From an uncultured Eubacteriales bacterium (GTDB taxonomy: Bacteria; Bacillota; Clostridia; Christensenellales; QALW01), in assembly GCA_900547955.1 (NCBI GenBank), contig URIR01000003.1, forward strand, positions 11,711 through 75,710: a stretch of DNA of 64,000 bases. The letters run 5' to 3'. A program made the position numbers and the translations under genes. Below the pieces are notes generated by a model that worked only from the letters and a program-made list of their open reading frames with translations, had not been told where the DNA came from and did no database searches. This document shows positions 39,001 to 48,179 of this stretch, piece after piece (positions within the stretch are counted from its first letter, which is position 1; every line of letters starts with the position of its first letter).

Positions 39001-40062
39001 AACTACTACGTAATCCAGCGCAGGCTCAAAGCAGGCGCTCTTGCCCGTTATGGCGTTGGCGATTTCGTTGAGATTATAGCCTATGGCTATCTTGGCGGCC
39101 ACCTTGGCTATGGGATAGCCCGTGGCCTTGGAGGCCAGCGCGCTGGAGCGGGATACGCGGGGATTGACCTCTATTACGGCGTATTCAAAGCTCTCGGGAT
39201 TGAGGGCGAACTGGCAGTTGCAGCCTCCCTCCACCTTTAGGGCGGAGATAATGTCCAGCGCCGCCGTGCGCAGCATCTGATATTCCTTATCGGCTAAGGT
39301 GACGGCGGGCGCGACTACTATTGAATCTCCCGTATGTATTCCTACGGGGTCTAAATTTTCCATGCTGCATATGGTTATAACGTTGCCTGCGCCGTCCCGC
39401 ATGACCTCGAATTCAATTTCCTTCCAGCCGGCAATGCATTTTTCCACCAGTATCTGGCCTATGGGGGAGAGCCTTAGGCCGTTGACGGCAATATCCGCCA
39501 TTTCCTCGTCGTTATTGACTATGCCGCCGCCGCTGCCGCCTAGTGTGAAAGCTGGGCGGATAATGAGGGGATAGCCTATTTCACGGGCGAAGGAGAGCGC
39601 GTCCTCAAGGGTGGTCACTACTCTGGAGGGAATGCAGGGCTGATTAATGCTCTGCATGGTGTCCTTAAACAGCTGGCGGTCCTCGGCTTTATCTATGGTT
39701 TCAGGATTGGCCCCCAGCAGGCGCACGCCCATCTGCTCCAAGAAGCCGTCCTTGGCTAACTGCATGGAGAGGGTCAGGCCCGTCTGGCCGCCTAAGGTGG
39801 AAAGCAGGCTGTCCGGGCGCTCCTTTTCTATTATGCGCTTTATTACGGGCAGGGTTAAAGGCTCGATATATATGCGGTCGGCCATAGCGCTGTCCGTCAT
39901 TATGGTGGCCGGATTGGAATTAACCAGGACTACCTCCAGGCCGTCCTCCTTAAGCGCGCGGCAGGCCTGGGTGCCCGCGTAGTCAAATTCGGCCGCCTGC
40001 CCTATGACAATGGGCCCGGAGCCTATAACCATGACTTTTTTTATGCTTTTGTTAAGCGGCAT
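36013..40062 (-). CDS. carB: Carbamoyl-phosphate synthase large subunit fused in frame to diaminopimelate epimerase
   Basis: Single 1349-aa ORF. Residues 1-1064 are a full-length CarB (two ATP-grasp halves plus an MGS-like tail). Residues 1065-1349 (nt 36870-36013) are a full DapF (FTKMHGCGNDY, GNASRC, ERGSGETWACGTGA). Confidence 0.93.
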   Translation of the reverse strand: MPLNKSIKKVMVIGSGPIVIGQAAEFDYAGTQACRALKEDGLEVVLVNSNPATIMTDSAMADRIYIEPLTLPVIKRIIEKERPDSLLSTLGGQTGLTLSMQLAKDGFLEQMGVRLLGANPETIDKAEDRQLFKDTMQSINQPCIPSRVVTTLEDALSFAREIGYPLIIRPAFTLGGSGGGIVNNDEEMADIAVNGLRLSPIGQILVEKCIAGWKEIEFEVMRDGAGNVITICSMENLDPVGIHTGDSIVVAPAVTLADKEYQMLRTAALDIISALKVEGGCNCQFALNPESFEYAVIEVNPRVSRSSALASKATGYPIAKVAAKIAIGYNLNEIANAITGKSACFEPALDYVVVKLPKWPFDKFVYAKRQLGTQMQATGEVMAIGVTFEEALLKAVRGAEIGLKSLYSKKYDLPREEALSRLHETTDERLFIVADALRKGVSPEEIHDITKIDLWFLYKIQNIIDMENTLKQGFDRETYLRAKRMGFLDSVIEEFSGQRVENPAVAVFKMVDTCAAEFSAETPYFYSSFEEENEAEEFIQELPERKRTVIVFGSGPIRIGQGIEFDYASVHCVWALKNAGFEVVIVNNNPETVSTDFDTADRLYFEPLTPEDVRNVLETEKPWGVVVAFGGQTAIKLTRFLSERGENILGTSADSIDRAEDRERFDELLEELKIERPKGHSVTDAQGALAAANEIGYPVLLRPSYVLGGQNMIIAFNDSDVREYMQIILSQGIENPVLIDKYLMGLEIEVDGICDGEDVLIPGIMEHIERAGVHSGDSISVYPAYNLSDRMVSRIVDCTRRLALALNTKGLINIQYVIYNGQLYVIEVNPRSSRTVPYISKVTGVPMVALATRAMLGEKLYDMGYGTGLYPQGAYFAVKVPIFSFEKLANVDSHLGPEMKSTGEVLGLAGTLEEALYKGLIAAGYKLRKAVSSSKKGVFLSVRDSDKPEIAAVAKKFYDLGFKLYATAGTAEIIKASGMEAEIVSKIHESDVNTLTLIESGKIDYLISTSAKGRLPGRDSVKIRRKAVERSIPCLTSIDTAHAVADSIKSRYSELNCELVDINHMRTKRTQLKFTKMHGCGNDYIYFNAFEQHIDNPEGLSIRLADRHFGVGGDGVVLICPSSKADAKMRMFNLDGSEGRMCGNASRCVAKYLYDNHMVNKEVMTLETLSGIKSIRVYTQNGVATSARVNMGAAQLRPEEVPVKLEGDKVIGRQVNIGGENYHITCVSMGNPHCVVFVENVDFFPLEKIGPQFEHSELFPERVNAEFVKVIDRATLKMRVWERGSGETWACGTGACAAAVAAVENGLCDKNTDITVKLLGGELKIRYTDTGEVYMTGNAVKVFDGTVMV

Positions 40063-40121
40063 TATGTAAATCCCCTTTTTAATAGTTTTTTATTTTCAGC
40101 GTCAGTACTTTAGAGCCGACG

Positions 40122-41207
40122 TCATTTTTCCAGCATGGATACGAACCTGTCGAAGAGGAAGGCGGTATCCTTGGGCCCGGCCGAGGCCTCGGGATGGAAC
40201 TGTACCGAAAAGGCGGGCATATTAAGATAATCCACGCCCTCGCAGGTGCCGTCGTTGGCGTTAATAAAGGATACCCGCGCGTCTGAGGGCAGGCTGTCGT
40301 TCAGTACCGCGTAGCCGTGGTTCTGGCTGGTTATATATACTCTGCCCGTATCCGTTTGGGTGCAGGGCTGATTGGCGCCGCGGTGGCCGTATTTGAGCTT
40401 GCCCGTTTTGGCGCCCGCGGCCAGGGCGAGCAATTGATGTCCCAGGCATATGCCGAAAATAGGCAGTCCGCTTTTAAACAGCTTGCGCAGCTCTTTAATT
40501 ATGCCTGTGTTTTCGGCCGGGTCGCCGGGGCCGTTTGAGAGCATTATGCCCTGTGGGTTTGCGGCCAAAATATCTTCTGCCGTGCTGGAGGCGGGCATTA
40601 CCTTTACGCGGCAGCCGCGCTTGAGTAATTCCCGTTCTATATTGAGCTTGGCTCCGAAATCCCAGAGCGCTATCAGCGGCCCGCTTTGGGGCTGCTCTAA
40701 ATGGGGCTGGGGCAGGGCGCTTACGCTGCTTACCGCTCCCTTTATGGAGAAATTGCGCAATTGGGCTAAAAGGGCCTCGTCCGCGTCGGGGGTAAAGCTT
40801 AATTTAGCGTTCATGACCCCCTGCTCGCGCACTATGCGGGTAAGGGCCCGGGTATCTATGCCGTAAAGGCCGGGAATGCCTGCCTGTTTTAAAAAAGCGT
40901 CAAGCCGGCCTTCCGAACGGAAATTTGAAGGCTGCTGACACCACTCTCTGACGATATATGCCTTTAAAACGGGACGGGCGCTTTCAAAATCAATGGGGAT
41001 AACGCCGTAATTGCCTATAAGCGGAAAGGTCTGAATTACTAATTGGCCGTAATAGCTTGGGTCGGTTAGAGTTTCCAAATAGCCGGTCATGGCGGTGGTA
41101 AAAACTAATTCGCCTATTGCCTCGGCCTCCTTTCCGAAGAAATATCCCTGAAAAATTCTGCCGTTTTCCAGTATTAGATAACCCCTGCGGGCTTCCTGCT
41201 CCTGCAT
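40122..41207 (-). CDS. carA: Carbamoyl-phosphate synthase small (glutaminase) subunit
   Basis: 361 aa; GATase triad region GICLGHQ...HPE. Confidence 0.96.
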   Translation of the reverse strand: MQEQEARRGYLILENGRIFQGYFFGKEAEAIGELVFTTAMTGYLETLTDPSYYGQLVIQTFPLIGNYGVIPIDFESARPVLKAYIVREWCQQPSNFRSEGRLDAFLKQAGIPGLYGIDTRALTRIVREQGVMNAKLSFTPDADEALLAQLRNFSIKGAVSSVSALPQPHLEQPQSGPLIALWDFGAKLNIERELLKRGCRVKVMPASSTAEDILAANPQGIMLSNGPGDPAENTGIIKELRKLFKSGLPIFGICLGHQLLALAAGAKTGKLKYGHRGANQPCTQTDTGRVYITSQNHGYAVLNDSLPSDARVSFINANDGTCEGVDYLNMPAFSVQFHPEASAGPKDTAFLFDRFVSMLEK

Positions 41208-41248
41208 TTTTTCCTCCTTATATTGCTTGGGCCGTTTTTGGCGGCGCG

Positions 41249-41812
41249 CTATTTTTCATACGCCTTGAGAATGCTCTGGGCGATATCCAGGCGCGTCCGG
41301 CGCAAATCCATGGCCTGCTTTTCAATGTAACGGTGAGCCTGCGGCTCAGTCATATCAGCATATTGTATCAGAGCGCACTTAGCTCTGTCAACTAGTCTTA
41401 TTTCTGCAATTTTTTCCTGAAGGCGCTCATTTTCGCTTTTTAAACGGCTTATCATATGTCTGGACGCATTTAAAAGATGAAGCGCCTGAAAGAACAGCGC
41501 GCGGTTTAAGGGCTTGGGCACCACCAGCACTCCGGCGTTTTCCACTCTGGCGGCTATTTCGTCGCTCATTTCATTTTTAACGAGCATTATAACGCCCGAG
41601 CCAATTTCGGCCGCGTCCAGAGCCAGCTCCAGGCCCGTTTCCTCCTTGAGCGGCGCGTTTATCAGAACCAAATCAAACGCGCAGGAAAGCATGCGCCGGG
41701 CCTGAAAGGAATCTGCGGTGCATTCAATTCTCTGATAATCGGTCTGCCCGAAAAGCGATTTGAGCACGGGCAGGCTGGCGCTGCTGCCCGAAATTATAAG
41801 CAGCTCGCCCAC
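41249..41812 (-). CDS. ANTAR-domain RNA-binding regulator with pseudo-receiver domain
   Basis: 187 aa with a GTG start. The C-terminal ANTAR pattern is LVDRAKCALIQYADMTEPQAHRYIEKQAMDLRRTR. The receiver-like N-terminus has N where the phospho-acceptor Asp is expected (DLVLINAPL). Confidence 0.85.
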   Translation of the reverse strand: MGELLIISGSSASLPVLKSLFGQTDYQRIECTADSFQARRMLSCAFDLVLINAPLKEETGLELALDAAEIGSGVIMLVKNEMSDEIAARVENAGVLVVPKPLNRALFFQALHLLNASRHMISRLKSENERLQEKIAEIRLVDRAKCALIQYADMTEPQAHRYIEKQAMDLRRTRLDIAQSILKAYEK

Positions 41813-41815
41813 CTC

Positions 41816-43039
41816 TCAGCCCTCCGTTTTGCCGCCCGTTATGCGGGCCAGATAATTTTTGTAAAGCAGGGGGGGCATATTTTGAGTTATCAGCGGGCTT
41901 TTCAGAGAACGGCGGGCCGCCTCGGAGAGGCTTAATGGAAGCGCGCTTATGGGCTGCGCTTCAGGCCGGGCCTCGCGCTTTATGCCGTCCAGGCCGGCCA
42001 GTATAACTGCTGAAAGAGCCAGATATGGATTGCAAAGCGGGTCGGGAGAGCGCAATTCCAGCCTGACGTTTTCGCCCGAGGCGGCGGGGATGCGGATTAT
42101 TTTAGAGCGGGCGCCCCTTTCAAAGCCTAAAAAATGAGGGGAGCTGAGGGCGCTTAAGCGCTTATAGGAGAGGGGAGAGGGATTTAAAAAGGCGGTGATA
42201 TCCCCGATATTTTCCAGTATGCCCGCCATAAAGCTCTCAGCCTGAGGGCAATGGCCGTCTGAAGCCGCTTTAAATATATTCTTGCCCTCCTTAAAGAGAG
42301 AAAGATTAAAATGCAGTCCGCTGCCCGGCGCGTTTTCAAGGGGCATGGGTTCAAAGCTGGCGTGCAGCCCGCTGCGCGCGGCGGCGGTGCTTATCACCCA
42401 TTTGACGGTTATAAGCCTGTCCGCCGTGGTCAGGGCGTCGTTATATTTAAAGTCTATTTCGTTCTGCCCCGGCCCCTTTTCGTGATGGGAGCTTTCGGGC
42501 GGGATGCCCATATCCTCTAAGGTAAGGCAGATATCCCTGCGCACGTTTTCTCCTCTGTCTAGTGGGGAGACGTCCATATAGCCCGCCAGGTCCAACGGCT
42601 GGTTGGTATTCATGCCGTGCTCGTCCAGCTTAAAAAGATAAAATTCGCATTCTGCGCCCGCCTTGACAGCATAGCCTGCTTCTGCGGCCTGATTTTGAAC
42701 GGCAGAGAGCAGACTGCGGCAGTCTCCCTCAAAGGGTTTGCCCGAGGGATATTTTATATTGCACATAAATCGCGCCACCCGTCCGTGGGATGGGCGCCAG
42801 GGGAGTATGGAGAGGGTGGAGGCGTCGGGGCAGAGGAAGAGGTCGCCGGTCACGGCGTTTTCAAAGCCGGGAACGGAAAATGCGTCCAGAGCTATGCCTT
42901 TTTCAAAGGCCCGTTCCAATTCGCCGGGCATTATGGAAATATTTTTCTGTCTGCCTGTTAAATCGCAGAAGGCCAGGCGAATAAATTTAACGTCGTTTTC
43001 CTTGACGAATTGCAGTATTTCGTTAATTTTATAGGTCAT
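41816..43039 (-). CDS. glnA: Glutamine synthetase family protein (short, divergent type I-like)
   Basis: 407 aa with GS catalytic-domain motifs (HHEKGPGQNEIDF, GSGLHFNLSL, ELRSPDPLCNPYLA). It is shorter than the canonical ~440-aa GlnA and diverges around the SYKRL segment. Confidence 0.85.
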   Translation of the reverse strand: MTYKINEILQFVKENDVKFIRLAFCDLTGRQKNISIMPGELERAFEKGIALDAFSVPGFENAVTGDLFLCPDASTLSILPWRPSHGRVARFMCNIKYPSGKPFEGDCRSLLSAVQNQAAEAGYAVKAGAECEFYLFKLDEHGMNTNQPLDLAGYMDVSPLDRGENVRRDICLTLEDMGIPPESSHHEKGPGQNEIDFKYNDALTTADRLITVKWVISTAAARSGLHASFEPMPLENAPGSGLHFNLSLFKEGKNIFKAASDGHCPQAESFMAGILENIGDITAFLNPSPLSYKRLSALSSPHFLGFERGARSKIIRIPAASGENVRLELRSPDPLCNPYLALSAVILAGLDGIKREARPEAQPISALPLSLSEAARRSLKSPLITQNMPPLLYKNYLARITGGKTEG

Positions 43040-43294
43040 ATTTTTCCCTCCGCGGCGCGTTTTTTATCCTTATTTATATTATACACCATTGCGCGCTAAA
43101 AACAAAGCGTTTTATTTAGGGCCTGGTGCTGAAAATATCGGCGTCCGCACTGGGAAGGGAGGCGTTCGGCTTTTTCAAACGGCCGGCCCGGGTGCGTTTT
43201 GAGCGAAAAACGAGGGTTTTTGCTGTATTTTAACAATAACAACTTGCTATTATCCTTTCTTATGTGCTATAATTACCGCCGTGAAAATTGTTTT

Positions 43295-43543
43295 CGGTTT
43301 AAACGGGCGCGGCTATACGCATAATTTTCTAAGCGGTAAAGCCTGAACGGCCGGCTGGAGACGCGGCTTTTTGAGCGGTTAAAGCCTGAACGGCCCGCTG
43401 GAGATGCTGTTTCCTGAGCGCGGATTTTTAAACGGCCGGCCGGGGCGCTGCTTTTTTGAGCGGGGAAAGCCTGAACGGCCGGACGCAAGGCTGTTTTTTG
43501 CATGCGGACGCTTAAGGCGGCCCGGCCGCCTGCGGCTGAATGC
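43295..43543. repeat. GC-rich tandem repeat with a 42-43 bp period
   Basis: Units start at 43330, 43373, 43416, 43458 and 43500. Units 1, 2 and 4 read ...gcgg(t)(t)aaagcctgaacggccgg...; units 1-4 end in a T-run (e.g. gctttttt). Unit 3 and especially unit 5 are more divergent. Confidence 0.85.
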
Positions 43544-43570
43544 TAATGCTGAAGGAGGAGATTGATTTAT

Positions 43571-45124
43571 ATGACCCAATGCGCGGCGGCGCCTGAAAAC
43601 GCCTCTCTTTCGTTTCAAAATGTACGCGCCTGCATAATAAGGCTGCTGAAAAACAAGGTATACGTTCTATTTCTTATTCTTACCGGCATTGCCGCCTTTG
43701 GCTTTACCATAACCCATTTTGCCATGGGCATAGACGATTTCGGCCTGGGGCATTATATGGATTTAAGCCCTGAGAGCAGCAATAATATGCTTCAGCAGGG
43801 CCGTTTGCTGCATATAGCTCTGTATTATCTCACCGGCCTGATGGACGTTATTCCCTTCCTTAATAATTTTCTGAGCGCGGCTCTTATTGTGTTTTCGGCG
43901 CTTTTGCTTTCAGGACTGGCCGACGCTGCCTCAAACGGACGGTTCAATACCTTTGAGCATGTAATTTTTTCAGGGATTTATATTTCCAGCCCGGTTATGG
44001 CCTTTAAATTCATATATGATTTGGACGTTGTAGCGGTGGCCGTATCCAGCGCCGCCTGCGTGCTGGCGGTTATTTTTGGGTTTTCCTTTGTTCAGACCCA
44101 TAAAAGGATGGATTTATTTAAAGCGCTGGCTATGCTGCTTTTGACTGTAAGCAGCTATGAAACCTTTAACGCAGTATTTATTATAATGGTGCTGTTTGTC
44201 CTGCTTCTGGAGGCGCTTTACGGGGAGAAAAAGCCCGGAGAGCTTTGCCGCGCAGGGCTTAAGCTGGCGCTGACGCTTATTGCGGCGCTGGCGGCGTATT
44301 ATATCCTGGTTACCGTGCTTCAGGCGTGCACGGGCAACCTTAACCATACCAGGCTCAGCCTGTTCAACCGGGGTAAACCGGTTATAGACCTTTTAAAGGG
44401 CATAGCCTACAGGCTGCTTAATTTCAAGCTGTTCAGCATGGCCGAGTTTACCGTGACCGCCGTGCTCTCGGTGCCTGCGGCGGTATATTACAGCGTCAGG
44501 AAAAAAAGCGCCTTTATATTCCTGCTCTTTGCGGGAATGGGTGCGTTCAGCATTTTTATGCCGGTTATTCAGGGCCAGCTTTATTACAGGACCTGCCAGA
44601 CTTTCGGACTGTTTATAGCCATAATAGTGCTGATGATTATGGATATTTTCAGGGATAAGCGGGTGCTGCGCGCGTTTTGCGCCTGCGCGGCGGCTCTGCT
44701 GCTTATTTGGCAGCTTAAGGACGTCAATCTTTTGTATTATAAGGATTGGGCCAATTACCAGAAGAATGTTTATGCGCTGCATAATATCGCCACAGAGCTG
44801 AATTCAGGCTATTCCATAGAGCGCAAGCCCGTCTGCTTCGTCAACCGGGATTATAATTCCTTTTTAATGTCATGGGAGGCGGATAAGGACCAGTATGAAA
44901 TAGGGGAATCCCCCATTGTTTCTGCCGTGGCCTTTTGCGGGGATATAACCTGTCCGGAGCTTATAAGGCTGTTTGAATATCAGGAATACACCTTTCTTAT
45001 CCAGCCAAGCTGGGAGCAGGCCCAGAAGGCTATTGAATATTCTAAGAGCATGCCGGGCTACCCTAAGGACGGATATATTTCCGAGCTGGAGGATATAATA
45101 GTGGTTAAGCTGGGAGAGGCCTGA
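43571..45124 (+). CDS. Polytopic membrane protein of unknown function (possibly GtrII-like glucosyltransferase)
   Basis: About 517 aa with many hydrophobic segments. ATG 43571 is preferred over the track's TTG 43562 because it lies about 10 nt after GAAGGAGGAG. The functional guess is weak. Confidence 0.75.
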   Translation: MTQCAAAPENASLSFQNVRACIIRLLKNKVYVLFLILTGIAAFGFTITHFAMGIDDFGLGHYMDLSPESSNNMLQQGRLLHIALYYLTGLMDVIPFLNNFLSAALIVFSALLLSGLADAASNGRFNTFEHVIFSGIYISSPVMAFKFIYDLDVVAVAVSSAACVLAVIFGFSFVQTHKRMDLFKALAMLLLTVSSYETFNAVFIIMVLFVLLLEALYGEKKPGELCRAGLKLALTLIAALAAYYILVTVLQACTGNLNHTRLSLFNRGKPVIDLLKGIAYRLLNFKLFSMAEFTVTAVLSVPAAVYYSVRKKSAFIFLLFAGMGAFSIFMPVIQGQLYYRTCQTFGLFIAIIVLMIMDIFRDKRVLRAFCACAAALLLIWQLKDVNLLYYKDWANYQKNVYALHNIATELNSGYSIERKPVCFVNRDYNSFLMSWEADKDQYEIGESPIVSAVAFCGDITCPELIRLFEYQEYTFLIQPSWEQAQKAIEYSKSMPGYPKDGYISELEDIIVVKLGEA

Positions 45125-45138
45125 CGGCCTCTTTTTTT
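45115..45138 (+). terminator. Intrinsic terminator overlapping the stop codon
   Basis: agaggcc-tgac-ggcctct followed by T7. Confidence 0.7.
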
Positions 45139-45303
45139 GGCCTGCCGCGGGCGCCGGGAAATTTAACTGCTGCCAATATGTTTAGCTGCCTTTAAATTAG
45201 GGCTTGCACGGTATTATTTAATGTGATATAATTTTTTAAACAAAAATCTTATTTATTCGACATTTTGCTGCGGCTTATTAAAATTATTCCGAGGTGAGTT
45301 AAA

Positions 45304-46851
45304 ATGAAAAGATTTTTCGCTTATGCTGCGGCTTTTGCGCTTATGCTCAGCTTTGCTTCATGCGCTTCTTCAAGCGGACCTTCGCCGTCGGCTGAGGGGC
45401 TTAATGCTTTTAGCCCGTCTGCGGCGGCGGATTATAATTTGCCCCAAAATGGCGAAACGGCGGGAAACACTTTTGCCGCGGGCACTCTGCCTATAGGCAG
45501 TACGGCCGGCGGCGGAGCAGCGGCGGACGCCTCTGCCTCGGTTCAGCCTACCGGGACCGCTTATGCTTCTACGCCCACGCCTACGCCTACACCTGCGCCT
45601 ACGCCTACACCTACACCTACACCTACACCTACACCTGCGCCCACGCTTACGCCTGCTCCGCAGCCCTCTAAGACTACTGAACCTACGCTTTCGCCGCGGC
45701 CGACCGCTTCATATACGTCCGAGCCGACCACTACGCCCGTGAACGTCCCGATACCTACGGCGGTTATCGGCGAGCCCAAGGAGCATTATGACGATATCCA
45801 GGGGGTAAACGGCAAAAATAATGCAAGCAACTACAGATTGGCGTTTGTCAGCCTTCAAATAATAAATGCGGACAATTATATTTATTTTGTGGGCGGCGAG
45901 CCTCGGAACCAAATGGTTCCGTACGGCACTTACCGTCTGGATACCAGGACGGATAAGCTGGAATTTTTCAGCGGGGAACAGATGAATGAAATGTTTATAG
46001 CGGGCGAATGGCTGTATTATGAGATATATGATTCGGAAACTGATAGTTATTACAGCTACCGCATGCATTCGGACGGCACATGCCAGACCAGGCTCTCCTA
46101 TCTTATGCCTGACGTCTTCTGCTGCCTGGACGAATATCTTTATTATATAGAGGAGGGCAGCCTTTACCGCAGGCTTATATCGGGCGAGGATGAGCCCGTG
46201 CTTGCGCGAGAACCTGAACAGGACGAGGAGTTCAGCAGTATCTGCACGGACGGACAGAATTTATATATAGTAAGCGACAGCGCGGACGGCTCGCGCATAT
46301 ATAAGCAGAGCGGCTCGGAGAGCAAGATTCTTTGGACGGGGGATAATATTGGCGCTATAGTATATGACAGCGGCTATATATGGGGCGAGTCTCATTGGGA
46401 AGAGAATAAAGCGTATATTTTATTAAGGATAGACGCCGAAACAGGGGAAGAGGAATACACAGGCTTATGCGAGGATTACTCTAAGAGCAGATATTTCAAT
46501 ATAATTGATGGAACGCTGTACATTTTTGGCGATAGTTACGGCTTGCGTAATCTTGTAAGCATGGATATTAATTTTGAAAATAAGACAGAACTGGGTTATT
46601 TGACAACGGCGGGCAACATAAACGGTATAAACAGCGCTAGTTTCTGCGTTATCGGGGACTATTTCTGCTTTAAGGGGCCGGTTGGCAAGGGAGTGTATGA
46701 AAGCGTCGTGCTCTTTAAAAACGACGGCAGCAATAAATATATGGTAATAGATACGGATTTTCCCGACCCCGACGGGGAAGTCCCCAGCCGAGATTATCCT
46801 ATTATGGCATGGATGAAGGATGATTGGATGGACGAATATACAAGGCCGTAG
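45304..46851 (+). CDS. Lipoprotein with Pro/Thr-rich linker and beta-propeller-like (DUF5050-type) C-terminal region
   Basis: 515 aa; lipobox LSFASC; a (TP)n linker encoded at about 45571-45660; repeated YIYF/LYYI-type strands. Confidence 0.8.
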   Translation: MKRFFAYAAAFALMLSFASCASSSGPSPSAEGLNAFSPSAAADYNLPQNGETAGNTFAAGTLPIGSTAGGGAAADASASVQPTGTAYASTPTPTPTPAPTPTPTPTPTPTPAPTLTPAPQPSKTTEPTLSPRPTASYTSEPTTTPVNVPIPTAVIGEPKEHYDDIQGVNGKNNASNYRLAFVSLQIINADNYIYFVGGEPRNQMVPYGTYRLDTRTDKLEFFSGEQMNEMFIAGEWLYYEIYDSETDSYYSYRMHSDGTCQTRLSYLMPDVFCCLDEYLYYIEEGSLYRRLISGEDEPVLAREPEQDEEFSSICTDGQNLYIVSDSADGSRIYKQSGSESKILWTGDNIGAIVYDSGYIWGESHWEENKAYILLRIDAETGEEEYTGLCEDYSKSRYFNIIDGTLYIFGDSYGLRNLVSMDINFENKTELGYLTTAGNINGINSASFCVIGDYFCFKGPVGKGVYESVVLFKNDGSNKYMVIDTDFPDPDGEVPSRDYPIMAWMKDDWMDEYTRP

Positions 46852-46856
46852 AATCA

Positions 46857-46988
46857 GAATGAAGAAAATTTGCGCGGGATAAAGCGCGTTTGCAGTAGAA
46901 ACGTACCGGGTGGTACCTGGAAGCAAAGCAACGCGGCAGGACGCAAATTTTATGCATTCTGGCCACGCAGTTTCTTGTAAACTTAGGG
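46857..46988. mobile_element. Partial copy (right part) of repeat family 2
   Basis: aagcaaagcaacgcggcaggacgcaaattttatgcattctgg...tttcttgtaaacttaggg aligns with 52650-52713. It ends 10 nt before the rpsF -35 box. Confidence 0.65.
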
Positions 46989-46997
46989 AAAAACCAT

Positions 46998-47026
46998 TTG
47001 CAAATAAAATGCGGACATGTTATAAT
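46998..47026 (+). promoter_or_regulatory. Candidate sigma-A promoter of rpsF-ssb-rpsR
   Basis: TTGCAA (46998-47003), a 17-nt spacer, then TATAAT (47021-47026). Confidence 0.6.
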
Positions 47027-47094
47027 AATTTGCCGATATTCCTTGCCGCTTGATAAATTAGGCGGCCATAGACCATAAGGGAGGTGAAAGCTTA

Positions 47095-47379
47095 ATGAAC
47101 AAGTACGAGACGCTTTATATCATCAAGCCTACCGTGGAGGAGGAAGCGCGCAAGGCGCTTATAGACAAATTCTCCGAGATAATCACGGCTCAGGGGACGG
47201 TGGAAGGAGTCGAGGAAATGGGGATGCGCAAGCTGGCTTATCCTATTAATTACATTTCCGAAGGTTATTACGTTCTTGTCAATTTTGAAGCGCAGCCCGC
47301 TCTGCCCGCAGAGCTTGAGCGCAATTTCAAAATAAACGAGAATATCATGCGTTATATCATAGTTAAAAAAGAAAGCTGA
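47095..47379 (+). CDS. rpsF: 30S ribosomal protein S6
   Basis: 94 aa; MNKYETLYIIKP... matches bS6. Confidence 0.97.
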   Translation: MNKYETLYIIKPTVEEEARKALIDKFSEIITAQGTVEGVEEMGMRKLAYPINYISEGYYVLVNFEAQPALPAELERNFKINENIMRYIIVKKES

Positions 47380-47400
47380 TTGGGAAAGGAATGAGGGTGT

Positions 47401-47844
47401 ATGAACAAAGCCATATTAGTGGGTAATCTTACCAGGGACCCGGAGCTGAGAGCTACGGCATCAGGCATATCGGTATGCACTTTTACCATTGCGGTAAACA
47501 GGCGCGTTAGCCGGGACGCTCAGGCTCAGGGACAGAGGGACGCCGATTTTATTCCTATAGTCACCTGGCGCGGTCTGGCCGACAACTGCGCGAAATATCT
47601 AGCCAAGGGCCGGAAGGTAGCGGTAACGGGCAGCATACAGACCCGCAGCTATGACGCTCAGGACGGAACGCGGCGTTATGTTACCGAGGTTGTGGCCGAC
47701 GACGTGGAATTTTTAACTCCGGCGGGCGCAGGAGCCATGCCTTCCATGCCGCCTGAAGCGCATCCCGCCAACAGCTTTGACGCCCCCTCTGGCAGCTATA
47801 CCGAGGGCATTCAGCCTATAGACGAGGACGAGCTGCCGTTCTGA
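47401..47844 (+). CDS. ssb: Single-stranded DNA-binding protein
   Basis: 147 aa; OB-fold N-terminus and acidic tail DEDELPF. Confidence 0.97.
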   Translation: MNKAILVGNLTRDPELRATASGISVCTFTIAVNRRVSRDAQAQGQRDADFIPIVTWRGLADNCAKYLAKGRKVAVTGSIQTRSYDAQDGTRRYVTEVVADDVEFLTPAGAGAMPSMPPEAHPANSFDAPSGSYTEGIQPIDEDELPF

Positions 47845-47869
47845 GAGTTTAAAAAGGAGGTAAGGTTAT

Positions 47870-48118
47870 ATGTCCGAGAAGGATATTAAAAAGCCCCGCG
47901 GGGCGCGCAGGCCCAGGAGAAAGGCCTGTCAGTTCTGCGTGGATAAGGTTGAGAGCATAGATTATAAGGATGTTGCGCGTCTGCGCCGCTTTGTATCTGA
48001 GCGCGGCAAGATTATGCCCCGCCGCATGACGGGCACCTGCGCTAAGCATCAGCGCGAGCTGGCTATAGCGGTTAAGCGCGCCCGCCAGGTTGCTCTGCTG
48101 CCTTTCAGCGCCGACTGA
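47870..48118 (+). CDS. rpsR: 30S ribosomal protein S18
   Basis: 82 aa; [15 protein letters not shown]...matches bS18. Confidence 0.97.
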   Translation: MSEKDIKKPRGARRPRRKACQFCVDKVESIDYKDVARLRRFVSERGKIMPRRMTGTCAKHQRELAIAVKRARQVALLPFSAD

Positions 48119-48143
48119 TAAATGCTTTAGGCAATAGTATTTT

Positions 48144-48179
48144 AAAGCCCCGGGAGGTTATAGCCGCCCGGGGCTTTTT
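48144..48179 (+). terminator. Intrinsic terminator after rpsR
   Basis: 11-bp stem aaagccccggg / cccggggcttt followed by a T-run. Confidence 0.8.
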
